Positions 46,344-55,998 of a stretch of 64,000 nucleotides of DNA are shown piece after piece. The stretch is from a virus. The translations under genes were made by a program, and so were the position numbers. The notes beneath the pieces are model-generated. The model was not told where the DNA came from, made no database searches, and was given only the letters and a program-made list of their open reading frames with translations. The stretch's first letter is position 1. Every line of letters starts with the position of its first letter. Where the stretch lies: positions 1-64,000 of the IMG/VR virus record IMGVR_UViG_3300042923_001201. The stretch is one strand, 5' to 3'.

Positions 46344-46824
46344 TTTTAGCTACCCCCAAGAATTTTTTGTGAATATACAAGCCGCGGTCGACTTGTTTAA
46401 TTGTAGGATTATATTTCATTGAAGTTTGAATTAAACTTGTGTAACTTTTTTCCTTCCACTTATATCCATGAATATTCATAATTTCTCCGATTTGTTTTGC
46501 AGTCAAACCTTTTTCACAGATAGCCAAGATTGAGGCAAGGAAATTTGCTTCAGACAAACATCCTTTTTCAGATCGACGATTTACTTCCCCCACTGTTCTG
46601 CGGCGGATAACTGTTACTTTAGTAATTCGTTTTCTAAGAACATATGCTTCAATTCCAGGACTTACATAAATTTCAGGGATATATCGTTTAAAAGTTGCTT
46701 TTTTCTCAAGACCGTCACGACCTACAACTATAACTTTATCACCATCAACAAGTCCATCAATATTGCAGATATAATTATAAGTATTTTCAGTACCTTTAAA
46801 TTTAATCATTGCATATTTTGTCAT
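46336..46824 (-). CDS. protein with C-terminal Rok-like winged helix
   Basis: TSLIQTSMKYNPTIKQVDRGLY resembles Rok TTFMAGLIKMKPEVKKPYRGHY as recalled. Confidence 0.55.
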   Translation of the reverse strand: MTKYAMIKFKGTENTYNYICNIDGLVDGDKVIVVGRDGLEKKATFKRYIPEIYVSPGIEAYVLRKRITKVTVIRRRTVGEVNRRSEKGCLSEANFLASILAICEKGLTAKQIGEIMNIHGYKWKEKSYTSLIQTSMKYNPTIKQVDRGLYIHKKFLGVAKIG

Positions 46825-46856
46825 TATATTAGCCTCCTAATTTTAGAAGGGGAGAA

Positions 46857-47078
46857 TTACTCCCCGAAATTTACATCGAACGCTTCTTTTTCAGCAACGT
46901 GAGTGACAGTAATATTAGCAATCCAATATTCTACACCTTTTTTAACTTTTTTCGTAACTGAGGACTTTTTAATTTCATGTCCTCCTTCACGGTAATTTTC
47001 TACAATCTGTTTTGCTTGAAATTCTGAACCAGCCATGTGTACAAACGTCTGTGAAAGCAAAATGTTCAAAGTGTTCAT
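46857..47078 (-). CDS. hypothetical protein
   Basis: ORF with GAGG RBS. Confidence 0.65.
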   Translation of the reverse strand: MNTLNILLSQTFVHMAGSEFQAKQIVENYREGGHEIKKSSVTKKVKKGVEYWIANITVTHVAEKEAFDVNFGE

Positions 47079-47082
47079 TTAA

Positions 47083-47403
47083 TTAACCTCTTTTCTGAAG
47101 AATGAGTTCATATTCGGACGAAGGGTAATAACTATAGCGCCGGCGGCATGCTGGAACATTGAAGGCATCGTTGAGATCTCCCAAAGAATTAAATGCTCCA
47201 AATGCTCCACCCGCACCATCAAAACTTTTAGCGATATATTGTGCGTTTTCGCCAAATTTATTAAATGCTACAATAATATATGGAGAATTAGTTTCTTTAT
47301 AGATAATTACATCGCCTAATTGAAGTTCTACCTTTCCCAAATCTGTTTTATTTTCTTTAACTTGCATTATCATCAACAACCTTTCGTTTTTGTTATATGT
47401 CAT
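47083..47403 (-). CDS. hypothetical protein
   Basis: ORF; probable paralogue of 37022-37273. Confidence 0.6.
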   Translation of the reverse strand: MTYNKNERLLMIMQVKENKTDLGKVELQLGDVIIYKETNSPYIIVAFNKFGENAQYIAKSFDGAGGAFGAFNSLGDLNDAFNVPACRRRYSYYPSSEYELILQKRG

Positions 47404-47419
47404 TATATATATTTTATAT

Positions 47420-47644
47420 TTAACTGTTAACCAGATTTTGTGATTTTTTTTCTATAATTTTATATTCATTGTGGAAGATAAAATTAGTAGCGGCAGGATT
47501 ATCTGAATATTGTTTTACATAGACGCCATCTTTATCTTTGTTCATTACAACCATTCTTGTGCCAATATCGTAATCGCTGAAAGTAAGATCAGGATTAGTA
47601 ATTTCAATTTTGTCGCCAGGTTCAACAATATCTTTATTTTCCAT
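47420..47644 (-). CDS. small SH3-like hypothetical protein
   Basis: PGDKIEIT...EYKII. Confidence 0.6.
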   Translation of the reverse strand: MENKDIVEPGDKIEITNPDLTFSDYDIGTRMVVMNKDKDGVYVKQYSDNPAATNFIFHNEYKIIEKKSQNLVNS

Positions 47645-48839
47645 TTTTCATTTCCTCCACACTTTTATTAATAAGATTATTAAAATGAGTTCCATCTTTA
47701 TACTTCTGCTGAATAATAGCATCGCGCAATAGCAATCTCATTTTTGGATAGGCCCCGGGGTGAGTCTCTAAGAACTCAACTTTTTGTTTTAGTTCTTCAG
47801 GCGAGCTCACATACAACCAATCAGGTACACCGTGGTATTTTACAAGTAAACGGTCTTCATCATAGGTTTCATGGAAGAAAGGTATAATACCATGAGCTAC
47901 AGCCTCCACCCATTTCCCGCTAATGTCGCCCTTAATAATAGGATAGCAAAAAGTATATTTAACTGAAGGGAGAATAGTCTGAAGTTCATCAAATGATACC
48001 GAACCCATAAATTTGCGTTCATTGCCTTTTTGTTGAGTTTCATCCCATTTTCCATATACTTTAATATCGTCAAAGTTATTAATACAAAAATCTTGAATTA
48101 CTTTTATTCTCTTCTTATCATCGTACTGGTGGAAAAAAATCGAAAATTTTTCTGTCTTCGGTTTGTTAGGATGTTTTAATTGACTGTCAAGCAAGTATTG
48201 AGTTTCTGCTGCAGCATATTTTAACTTAACAGTATGCTCGACCATTGTAACTTGATCTTCATAGGACTTCATACGTTTGATTTTAACTTCACCCTCACGA
48301 ACTCCCAAACTAATCTTTTCAGGATTGATCATATCTCTCGCGGGCAATGGCATGTATCGGCCATCTGATGTGATTGTTAGCCAATTAATACGCGATTCAT
48401 TAAGATAATAAGTAATGGGAGAAACATAATTAACAAGAGACATAATAGGACGCCGTATGTCTTTTGTCGGAAGTTTAGTTTTTCGGTCCAGACAAAAAAT
48501 TCGACCAGGAATGGAAAGGCTACACATCCCACCGTGAATAATACCCACATCAATCTCAACATCTTTTAATCTCTCCCATACCCAAGTTGTTGGGTCATCA
48601 GTTTTAGGGTTAAAGCCTTCCCAAACATCAATTACATTCTTATTAGGAAACCACTTATCATATGTTTCTTGATTAATTCGACTCAAATCTGACTTGCCAA
48701 TCATATAGTAAATATTCTGAGGATTAAGTCGTGCAAGCGCCGATAGCAATATAGGAAATTCGTTATTTCCTGCATTGTGACCCCACTTTGTTCTATTAAA
48801 ATATGAAGACCTACCAATCTTACCAATAACTATTAACAT
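47634..48839 (-). CDS. GT-B glycosyltransferase, T4 DNA beta-glucosyltransferase-like
   Basis: Collinear similarity to T4 BGT as recalled: SDGRY~TDIRL; KVYGKW..FMGSV~EFFGN..FTGKI; KWVEA..G..PF...YD~RVWET...EFD; LYVSSPEELKQKV~FYVNNRAELIDRV. Confidence 0.7.
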   Translation of the reverse strand: MLIVIGKIGRSSYFNRTKWGHNAGNNEFPILLSALARLNPQNIYYMIGKSDLSRINQETYDKWFPNKNVIDVWEGFNPKTDDPTTWVWERLKDVEIDVGIIHGGMCSLSIPGRIFCLDRKTKLPTKDIRRPIMSLVNYVSPITYYLNESRINWLTITSDGRYMPLPARDMINPEKISLGVREGEVKIKRMKSYEDQVTMVEHTVKLKYAAAETQYLLDSQLKHPNKPKTEKFSIFFHQYDDKKRIKVIQDFCINNFDDIKVYGKWDETQQKGNERKFMGSVSFDELQTILPSVKYTFCYPIIKGDISGKWVEAVAHGIIPFFHETYDEDRLLVKYHGVPDWLYVSSPEELKQKVEFLETHPGAYPKMRLLLRDAIIQQKYKDGTHFNNLINKSVEEMKNGK

Positions 48840-49531
48840 GCTAAACCTCCGTTTTGATTTTGAATTTTAAATTCTAACTCTTTTTTAATAAATTCTTGTA
48901 TTTCTGAGAATCTATTAATAGTCATTTCAATTTTTTCTGAAGGATAGGTTTTTTCAAATCCTTTGGGTGTTTTTAGCATATATTTAATTTTTCTAGGTGT
49001 AATTGATAAAAATTTTGTAACTACTTTCATTAGGTCCTTATCAATTGAATTAACAAAATCTTTAATATCTCTTGTTTCCCACTCTCTAAATCTAACCCAA
49101 GGATTTGCACTTCCATTATCAATTAAAAATAATCTATTATTTTTATACCCATAATTGCCTGAGTGTCTGTCTCCATTATTTATAATAATATCAAATAGTG
49201 TTAATAATTTTGATTCAGTTTTTGTCTTTGTTCTTCCATCACTATTTGCTTTATCTGCAACTATAAACTTGTCTTCCCACCAATGAACTGAACAGTATTT
49301 ATTTAGTCCGAATACATCTCCCGTATTAATTAATTCTACCTTATTTGTAGGAATACCTAGTGTCTTACCTAGTCTGTAAGCAAAACATTCCATTAGTGCC
49401 TCTTCAAAGTTTTCACCTTTAATCATTACCTTTTTGTCTTCAAATTTGCCAATAACCTTTGGTGTAATTCCTCCGTGGCTCTTTCTTGCGTCATTTTTTG
49501 ACAATACAACTTCGATTTTACTTGAGTCCAT
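48833..49531 (-). CDS. HipA/PI3-PI4-kinase-like protein
   Basis: VMIK, E...YRL, FD.II.N.DRH.GN, LIDNG. Confidence 0.8.
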   Translation of the reverse strand: MDSSKIEVVLSKNDARKSHGGITPKVIGKFEDKKVMIKGENFEEALMECFAYRLGKTLGIPTNKVELINTGDVFGLNKYCSVHWWEDKFIVADKANSDGRTKTKTESKLLTLFDIIINNGDRHSGNYGYKNNRLFLIDNGSANPWVRFREWETRDIKDFVNSIDKDLMKVVTKFLSITPRKIKYMLKTPKGFEKTYPSEKIEMTINRFSEIQEFIKKELEFKIQNQNGGLAC

Positions 49532-49610
49532 TTTAATCCTCCTTATAAAATAAAAAAATCGTTATGATAAATTATATACATAACGATTTTTTCTGTAAAC
49601 CAGGATTCAA

Positions 49611-51068
49611 TTATTTATATAACTCTTTGAAATAATTATGTTTAAACTGATTGTCATACCAATCTTTGTTAAAATGTTCAGGTTTGACATAATATTCATA
49701 GAGTTCAAAGAATAAGTCTTTATAGGCTTGAGGGTATGTTTTAGCCCAAAGTACAGCTCGCTCAATATCCTCATTGCTGCTAACTACAAGATGATTTTTA
49801 AATTTTTTAGGAATCTGAAGGTTATCAATGTCATAGTTATCCGCAATAAGTGGAATAACCCCGTTGAGCAAAGACGAATACATACGGAAGTTCAATGAAT
49901 CATACTTGCCGTAAAAACATTTAAGGATAATTGTGAATCTATAATCTTTTTGCTCTTGATGATATTCTGCCTGTGAAACAGTAGGTTTTACATTTTTATT
50001 AAGTGAAATACTTTTAATAACTTCAAATGCCTTTTCATCTTTAATCTTTTTATTTTTAAATTTCTTTGTTTCTAACGGGTCTAAAATTTCACTCTGCGTA
50101 ATAGTTGAAGTTCCATCAGTTTGAGTTCTAATTGTTGCATCAACCGATAGGTCATTGAAGAATCGAGTCCAATCATGAAGCCTGTATGAAACATCATAAG
50201 GAAAAGTACCGCCAAAAATAAAGTCATGCTTTTTCTCCTCCAAAATAGTAGATAATTCGGCTATTGTAGGTTCTTCATTTCCATAAGCGTCTTGTAATTG
50301 TGCTGATGGAAACTCATGAAAGTCTCTCATAGGGCCTCGTTTATCATCCACGAAGTAAAAACACTTAACATTTTTCGTTAAGGGATTTACTTTGGCACTA
50401 AACGGGTACCAAATAGAGCTAGTGTCGTGAGAGAATGAGTAATGCCAAAGGTCTTTGTACTCTTTCATCAATCTTATGAGCAGGTATAAAGGGTACATAT
50501 TTCGTTGACTTATCATTCTGAAACTGAAGAATTGTTGTTCGCCGTTTAGTCTTCGTTGTGCAGTTCTTAAAGCGCCCGCAGATAACTTTTCACTTTTTTC
50601 ATCATAAGGAATAATTTCGTGATTCCGTTCATATACTAGGAATAGAGCAGAAGTGAGAGTACCCACAAGATTGTTAAAAATCCAAGGCTCGCCAGAAATA
50701 AGGTTAGTAAAAAGCTCTTGCATATAAGAATAAGTATGTTGAAAAGCTTTCTTATCATCATAAAACAACTCCTGTTCTCCAATTTCCATCCTCATGAATT
50801 TACCAGCGGCATCAAGATTAATATAAATACAGTCTTCAAGTACAGGAATTTCTTGTGCAGCTTCCATCCAAACTCCTTTTGAACTTGAGGATCGCGCAAT
50901 CAAAAATACATTAAAATCTTTTTTAAGTATTTTTACAGTATTAAGAATATATGAATAAGATAGGAAATTCGTTTTCTTACTAAGGTTTCGTTCAAGTAGA
51001 AATAGCATAATATTTTTCTTACCAGGAATATACTTTTTATAGTTTACAATTTCATAAGTTTTGGACAT
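49611..51068 (-). CDS. second GT-B glycosyltransferase, BGT-like C-terminal domain
   Basis: KKHDFIFGGTF~BGT KKTLDVIYGGSF; FRMYSSL..GVIPLI..NYD; LVVSSNEDI. Confidence 0.6.
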   Translation of the reverse strand: MSKTYEIVNYKKYIPGKKNIMLFLLERNLSKKTNFLSYSYILNTVKILKKDFNVFLIARSSSSKGVWMEAAQEIPVLEDCIYINLDAAGKFMRMEIGEQELFYDDKKAFQHTYSYMQELFTNLISGEPWIFNNLVGTLTSALFLVYERNHEIIPYDEKSEKLSAGALRTAQRRLNGEQQFFSFRMISQRNMYPLYLLIRLMKEYKDLWHYSFSHDTSSIWYPFSAKVNPLTKNVKCFYFVDDKRGPMRDFHEFPSAQLQDAYGNEEPTIAELSTILEEKKHDFIFGGTFPYDVSYRLHDWTRFFNDLSVDATIRTQTDGTSTITQSEILDPLETKKFKNKKIKDEKAFEVIKSISLNKNVKPTVSQAEYHQEQKDYRFTIILKCFYGKYDSLNFRMYSSLLNGVIPLIADNYDIDNLQIPKKFKNHLVVSSNEDIERAVLWAKTYPQAYKDLFFELYEYYVKPEHFNKDWYDNQFKHNYFKELYK

Positions 51069-51214
51069 TAAGCTTCCTCCTCAAACATTTCCATAGCATC
51101 ACCATAACCGTCCCAATTATCAACTCCGCATGCTTGCAAACATTCTAATAGAGCTTGATCATTCAAGAGTTGTTCATATTTTTCCTTACTAATTCTTACT
51201 GTGTTATTCATTTG

Positions 51215-51724
51215 TTATTTAATCTCCTTTGTAGTTGATTTACAACATCTTAAACATCTGCTAATGGGTCCTGATTCAAAAATGGGTCCTCCACACCTAC
51301 AGGTTTTAGTCTTGAACAAATCCATTAGTTCCTGGTAATCATCAACCAATGACTGTCTTCCCTGTTTTATATATTGCCTAATAACATCTGCCTGACAATT
51401 TTGACTTTTACCTTTAAAGATGTCATTAAAATCATCGAAACCTCTTGCATATTCAACAAGTTCAGGATTATTGTCTAAATAGTTTACCCATAACATCTTA
51501 TACCATTGAGATAGAAACCTTTTATCATATCTTTTGCCATTTAATTCAATATGGGTGGGTTCTCTACCTTTACCATCTTGCCAACCTATAGGAACAAAAT
51601 CATCAAACCTTTTACAAGTTTGGTAGTGATTTTCTATGCTATCAAATCTTTTCCATGCAGTTATTTTTGCATAAAAAGCAGAAAATCTTTTGTCACCTTT
51701 TGAAGAACATTCAAGTATCTTCAT
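51215..51724 (-). CDS. DarT1-associated-type NADAR (putative DNA ADP-ribosyl hydrolase)
   Basis: ILE.SSK, SAF, SIE..YQ..K.F, WY..LW, N..L, F.DI...S.NCQA, as recalled for this family; start at the ATG after AGGAGG. Confidence 0.65.
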   Translation of the reverse strand: MKILECSSKGDKRFSAFYAKITAWKRFDSIENHYQTCKRFDDFVPIGWQDGKGREPTHIELNGKRYDKRFLSQWYKMLWVNYLDNNPELVEYARGFDDFNDIFKGKSQNCQADVIRQYIKQGRQSLVDDYQELMDLFKTKTCRCGGPIFESGPISRCLRCCKSTTKEIK

Positions 51725-51817
51725 ATGTCCTCCTATATAAAATGAGAATTTTATTGCTATCATTTCCCTCTAATTTGCTTATTAGGGCAAGTTAGAGGGA
51801 GCTAGATGAAGGTAGAG

Positions 51818-52114
51818 CTATTTAATCTCAACCTGAACGTCAATTTCAGCATTTTCATTAAAATAAATGGTTTTTAGGTCTTTTTCGACTTGTTTTGTAA
51901 ATTCAACGAGTCTTTCATCAATTTGTTCTTGAGTTAACTGATTAAATATCTCTTTTTCTTCACCTTCGATGGGTTGAGTGACATTTACTTTAAAATAAAT
52001 CTGTTTCATCTTATTTCCTCCATTTGTACAATTCGGACAATCAACAGGTTCAGCTAAAGGGCCACTACCATCTTCCCAACCACCTAAATCATTACAAAGT
52101 TTACATTTTACCAT
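51818..52114 (-). CDS. hypothetical protein with N-terminal Zn ribbon (possibly two ORFs)
   Basis: CKLC...CPNC; internal GGAGG RBS before MKQIYF. Confidence 0.5.
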   Translation of the reverse strand: MVKCKLCNDLGGWEDGSGPLAEPVDCPNCTNGGNKMKQIYFKVNVTQPIEGEEKEIFNQLTQEQIDERLVEFTKQVEKDLKTIYFNENAEIDVQVEIK

Positions 52115-52884
52115 ATGGCAATGTCCTTATCTATATTTTTAGCTTTTCTATAAGCATATTGTTGAGCCTCAGCTAAGGAATCTTTATCTCCGCAGTCAAA
52201 CCATGGTGATGAAAGAAAATCAAAACTAAAACCTAAATTGTCAATATAATAATTAATTACATCTACAATTTCATATTCGCCACGACTAGAAGGTTCTAGT
52301 CCTTCTATAATGTTCCAAACATTTCTATCGTATATTTGTACGCCACAAAACGCCAAGGATGATCCGGGAACCTCAGGTTTTTCCTCAAGACTGTGTACAG
52401 TTCCATTTAGTGGATCTTTATGTCCCCCACCCCAAAAGTTTAACACTGCAAATTTTTGAAGGTCCCTTATATTTGTAAATTCTTTAACTGTAATAAATGC
52501 TCCACTATCATATTCATCAACAAATTTGTTAAGATCATCATATATAATATTATCTGCACAAAGAACAACAATATTATTATCTCTTGCAAAGTCTTTTGCC
52601 TGATACAAAGCATGAGCAACACCTTTTGGTTCATCCTGATAAAAGTATGTGAATTTACAACCATACTTTTCACCCGACTTCAAATAGTCAATCGTTTCAC
52701 CTGCTGATTTAACACCAAGTACAATTGCAATATCAGTAATTCCTGCGCTTACTAAATGCCACACTGAATACTCAATCATCAACTTGTCATAAACAGGCAT
52801 CAAGAATTTGTTTGTTACATCAGTGAGAGGAGACAATCTAGTCCCTCTCCCTCCTGCAAGGATTACGCCTTTAAATTTACTCAT
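52108..52884 (-). CDS. sugar-1-phosphate nucleotidyltransferase (RmlA/SpsI-like)
   Basis: GVILAGGRGTRL.PLT...K...PVYD, Q.EP.G.A.A, EEKP, RGE.EI.D, W.D.G. Confidence 0.92.
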   Translation of the reverse strand: MSKFKGVILAGGRGTRLSPLTDVTNKFLMPVYDKLMIEYSVWHLVSAGITDIAIVLGVKSAGETIDYLKSGEKYGCKFTYFYQDEPKGVAHALYQAKDFARDNNIVVLCADNIIYDDLNKFVDEYDSGAFITVKEFTNIRDLQKFAVLNFWGGGHKDPLNGTVHSLEEKPEVPGSSLAFCGVQIYDRNVWNIIEGLEPSSRGEYEIVDVINYYIDNLGFSFDFLSSPWFDCGDKDSLAEAQQYAYRKAKNIDKDIAIW

Positions 52885-53471
52885 TTTTGTACCTCCACCA
52901 TAATAATATCCTTGATATTAGCACGTTCTGCGGATACTCTGCCGATTTTATTATCTTCGAATACAATTACATCTTCTCCACCCAAACCCAAAGTGTTTAG
53001 AGCAAGAATATATGGATCGGCTTCTGGTTTTGCTTTTTTAACACTTTCCTTCGTGATGATTAAAGACAAATATTGAATAATCCCTAGTTTATCAAGAATT
53101 TGCTCAATCGAACCTCTACGTCCATTGGACACAACAGCAATTTTTCTACGACCATATTGTTGTTTGATAAGATCAATTAAAATGGTATTGGGTACCATGT
53201 ATTGATCAAGACATTGACCCAAAAACATTTTTTTGTCAGCAATGACCAATAACTTCATTGTTTCATAATTTTCATCATCAAGTAAAGACCTCATAAGGAA
53301 ATCTCCACCAAATGGAGCACATGCATCAAATACTTCTTCTTTAAAAGGAATGTTATTTTTTTCAAATGCGAGTTTATATGCTTGTTTGTGACATTCCATA
53401 GTGTCAGCGAGGGTTCCATCACAATCAAAAAGTAGTGCTCGCTTGCCAATCATCATTTTTTCAAGATCCAT
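52881..53471 (-). CDS. HAD-family phosphatase/mutase (beta-PGM/YqaB-like)
   Basis: FDCDGTL.DT, VSN, KP..DPY, FED...G. Confidence 0.9.
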   Translation of the reverse strand: MDLEKMMIGKRALLFDCDGTLADTMECHKQAYKLAFEKNNIPFKEEVFDACAPFGGDFLMRSLLDDENYETMKLLVIADKKMFLGQCLDQYMVPNTILIDLIKQQYGRRKIAVVSNGRRGSIEQILDKLGIIQYLSLIITKESVKKAKPEADPYILALNTLGLGGEDVIVFEDNKIGRVSAERANIKDIIMVEVQK

Positions 53472-53582
53472 ACTAAAGTTCCTCCTATAATTTGCGCAGT
53501 TATTCTTAAAACATTTCAATTTCTTCATGGGTATACCATGAACTTGTCTACTATATTTTTCATAACAATAACACTTATTCAT

Positions 53583-53813
53583 TTAAAGGTACCTAATTTC
53601 GGTAGTGCTATGTCCACCTGTCGTAGACGGAATAAAAGTTCCAATAATATCTTTTCTTTCTTTATAAACGATACAAACTGTAGCATAACTTATTGTATCG
53701 CCTGTTCTGTGAGAAAATTGAAGTATTTCAATATCAGGATTTTTATAAAAGAAATTGTTCATGTCATCTTCTACGCACGACCGGCTACCACCAAAAATTT
53801 TAGTTTTGTACAT
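53583..53813 (-). CDS. small protein, possibly Cse60-like
   Basis: KTKIF.....VE..MN.F......I.......IVY pattern. Confidence 0.45.
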   Translation of the reverse strand: MYKTKIFGGSRSCVEDDMNNFFYKNPDIEILQFSHRTGDTISYATVCIVYKERKDIIGTFIPSTTGGHSTTEIRYL

Positions 53814-54822
53814 TTTTCCATTCCTCCATAACTTGATTCAGGATTTCTATACCTATACAATAACAAATTTGCATCGAATCAAAGTTTTCCTTTAATCTGA
53901 ATGGAACCATTGAAATAAAGTGACTTGCTTCAAAAAATTTTGCCGCAATTTCCCAATTTAGTCCAACATCATAATACTGAGGAATTACAATTTGAGCCAT
54001 TTCATATAAGGTATTAAATTTTTCTACATTTCCTCGAATAAAATAGTCAACTCTATGATATTCCTCAAAAAAGTAATCACTATTTACAATATAATTCCCA
54101 TCATAGATAAGATCATATTTACCATGACAAGATTGGAAAATCTTACTAATGTCATAATAAATACTGTCGGGACCTTCTCCACGTGGGTCAATTACTTTCA
54201 TATCCCAACCATCAGACAAAACATTCTGAAATGTAAAGTCTCCGTGAGATCTATACCATTTTTCTGGACGTAAAAAATTTAAAAAGTCTTGGTCGTTCGA
54301 TATTTCCTCTATTAATAACCGAAGATTTTTTAATTTTCTACCGTTAATAATTAAGTAATCTTCCTCAAAAAGAGAATGATCCTTAATTTTTTCACATCTT
54401 TCAACCATCTTATCAAGATGTTTTTCTTTTATATAAGTATCTTTGTTTCCATCGTATGTTTCTGATTCAAGTGCAATTTTGGCGCCCAATGCAACCATAT
54501 TGGACAGCGCCTCAAGGTGAAAATGTTCCAAGTCTTTTTCAATAAAAGTGTCTTTGAGAGTAGGCATATCTAAATATTCCATATCATAATAAGCTTTGTC
54601 CTTCTCAATAACGAACAAATTCACTTGAGGAAAAATTGATTCAGGGGAATAGTAATTAAATATCTTCATCCATTCAAATTGGTTCTTTAATTTTTCGAGA
54701 CCCAAAATATCATTATTTTTAGTGTTAACAATTTTCCTAACATAGGCTTGTTTATCTTTTACAATAAAGAAAGTTTCAGCCATTGATCCGCCTTTAAATT
54801 GTTTAATAATTTTAGCTTTCAA
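53800..54822 (-). CDS. APH/choline-kinase-like phosphotransferase (putative sugar kinase)
   Basis: KGGS, VRK, HGDFTFQNVL, IDPRG, D..K..QS..G.YD; TTG start after GGAGG. Confidence 0.85.
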   Translation of the reverse strand: MKAKIIKQFKGGSMAETFFIVKDKQAYVRKIVNTKNNDILGLEKLKNQFEWMKIFNYYSPESIFPQVNLFVIEKDKAYYDMEYLDMPTLKDTFIEKDLEHFHLEALSNMVALGAKIALESETYDGNKDTYIKEKHLDKMVERCEKIKDHSLFEEDYLIINGRKLKNLRLLIEEISNDQDFLNFLRPEKWYRSHGDFTFQNVLSDGWDMKVIDPRGEGPDSIYYDISKIFQSCHGKYDLIYDGNYIVNSDYFFEEYHRVDYFIRGNVEKFNTLYEMAQIVIPQYYDVGLNWEIAAKFFEASHFISMVPFRLKENFDSMQICYCIGIEILNQVMEEWKNVQN

Positions 54823-54896
54823 TGTAGCACCTCCAAATTTATATATATCATTATATATAAATTGAATGAAGGTGTAAACCAAGATTAAAATTAATT

Positions 54897-55313
54897 TTAT
54901 ACTGCAACAGATTCAAGTTGACGGATTCTTTTACCTGTGTAAACCATATCTTCATCAAATACTTTGTTAAGTACTTCAATAACAAAATCAATCAAGTTTT
55001 CGTTATATAGCTTGATTTTATTTTGAACAAAGTTACCTGAGATCTTCGATTGGATACTTGCTACTTTATTTTCGTAGGAAGGAAGTGTTTTGAGGCTTTC
55101 TTCAAGCATTACATCTTGTTTGGTATCAATATACAAAGTGATAAAAGAATTTTTATTCATTCGGATAGCTCCGATACCTTTTTGTCTTTCAGCAGTTTTC
55201 AACAATAACCAACCCGGTTTTTCAGCAAATTGTACTCTTACCTTGTCACCACATTCCATTTCGATGATTTCTTTTAGGATTCCGAGTTCTGCTTTATTGT
55301 TGTTAACTGTCAT
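54897..55313 (-). CDS. hypothetical protein
   Basis: ORF with own promoter and AAGGAG RBS. Confidence 0.65.
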   Translation of the reverse strand: MTVNNNKAELGILKEIIEMECGDKVRVQFAEKPGWLLLKTAERQKGIGAIRMNKNSFITLYIDTKQDVMLEESLKTLPSYENKVASIQSKISGNFVQNKIKLYNENLIDFVIEVLNKVFDEDMVYTGKRIRQLESVAV

Positions 55314-55593
55314 TATTATCGCTCCTTCTAATTGGTTGTAATTTTTTGTATTTGCGTTCCATAGATTTATATTATCATAGTAGAACATTTTTGTAAATAG
55401 TTTTGACTCGACTTTTTTTAATTGTTTTTAATTACTAAAATTTGCTACGACATTGTTATATTATTATATTAAACCAATTTAACGTATTTTAAACATCATT
55501 TTCATAATTTAATTTTAACATTTTTCATAATAAAATTATATGATGAAATATTGTAAATATTCATAAAAATATGTAAAAAAAATAAAGCAGTTT

Positions 55594-55980
55594 TTACACC
55601 GCTTTATTAATGTAACCTAGGCTAGGATCTTCTTGACGTAGGATATTTATGTTGTTTTTTTCGAGGTACATTTTCATTATCGTTTTTTCGTCAAGATCAA
55701 GGAAGATAGCTATGTTTGATAAAAATATAAAAATGTCAAGAAATTCCTTTCGCCCTTCTTCAATTTTTTTTTCTAATTCTTCTTGAGTTAGATGAGAATA
55801 GTCTACCCAAGGTTTGTGAAATGGCAATTCACGAAGCATTTCATATGTTTCTTCGATAAGGAACATAGAGTGAGTATGAATGAAATTCATTCTTTCCTCA
55901 ATGGACATGTTTTCGCTGAATCCAAAACGTTTTTGAAATTCAGCCTGCATGTTAAGAACTGTTTGGAACGACTTTTTCAT
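55594..55980 (-). CDS. dimeric dUTPase/dCTPase (T4 gp56-like all-alpha family)
   Basis: MQ..FQ, EE..E.....KPW, E..D...F, Y..KN..N..RQ...Y. Confidence 0.85.
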   Translation of the reverse strand: MKKSFQTVLNMQAEFQKRFGFSENMSIEERMNFIHTHSMFLIEETYEMLRELPFHKPWVDYSHLTQEELEKKIEEGRKEFLDIFIFLSNIAIFLDLDEKTIMKMYLEKNNINILRQEDPSLGYINKAV

Positions 55981-55998
55981 CTTTTACCTCCGTTACTT

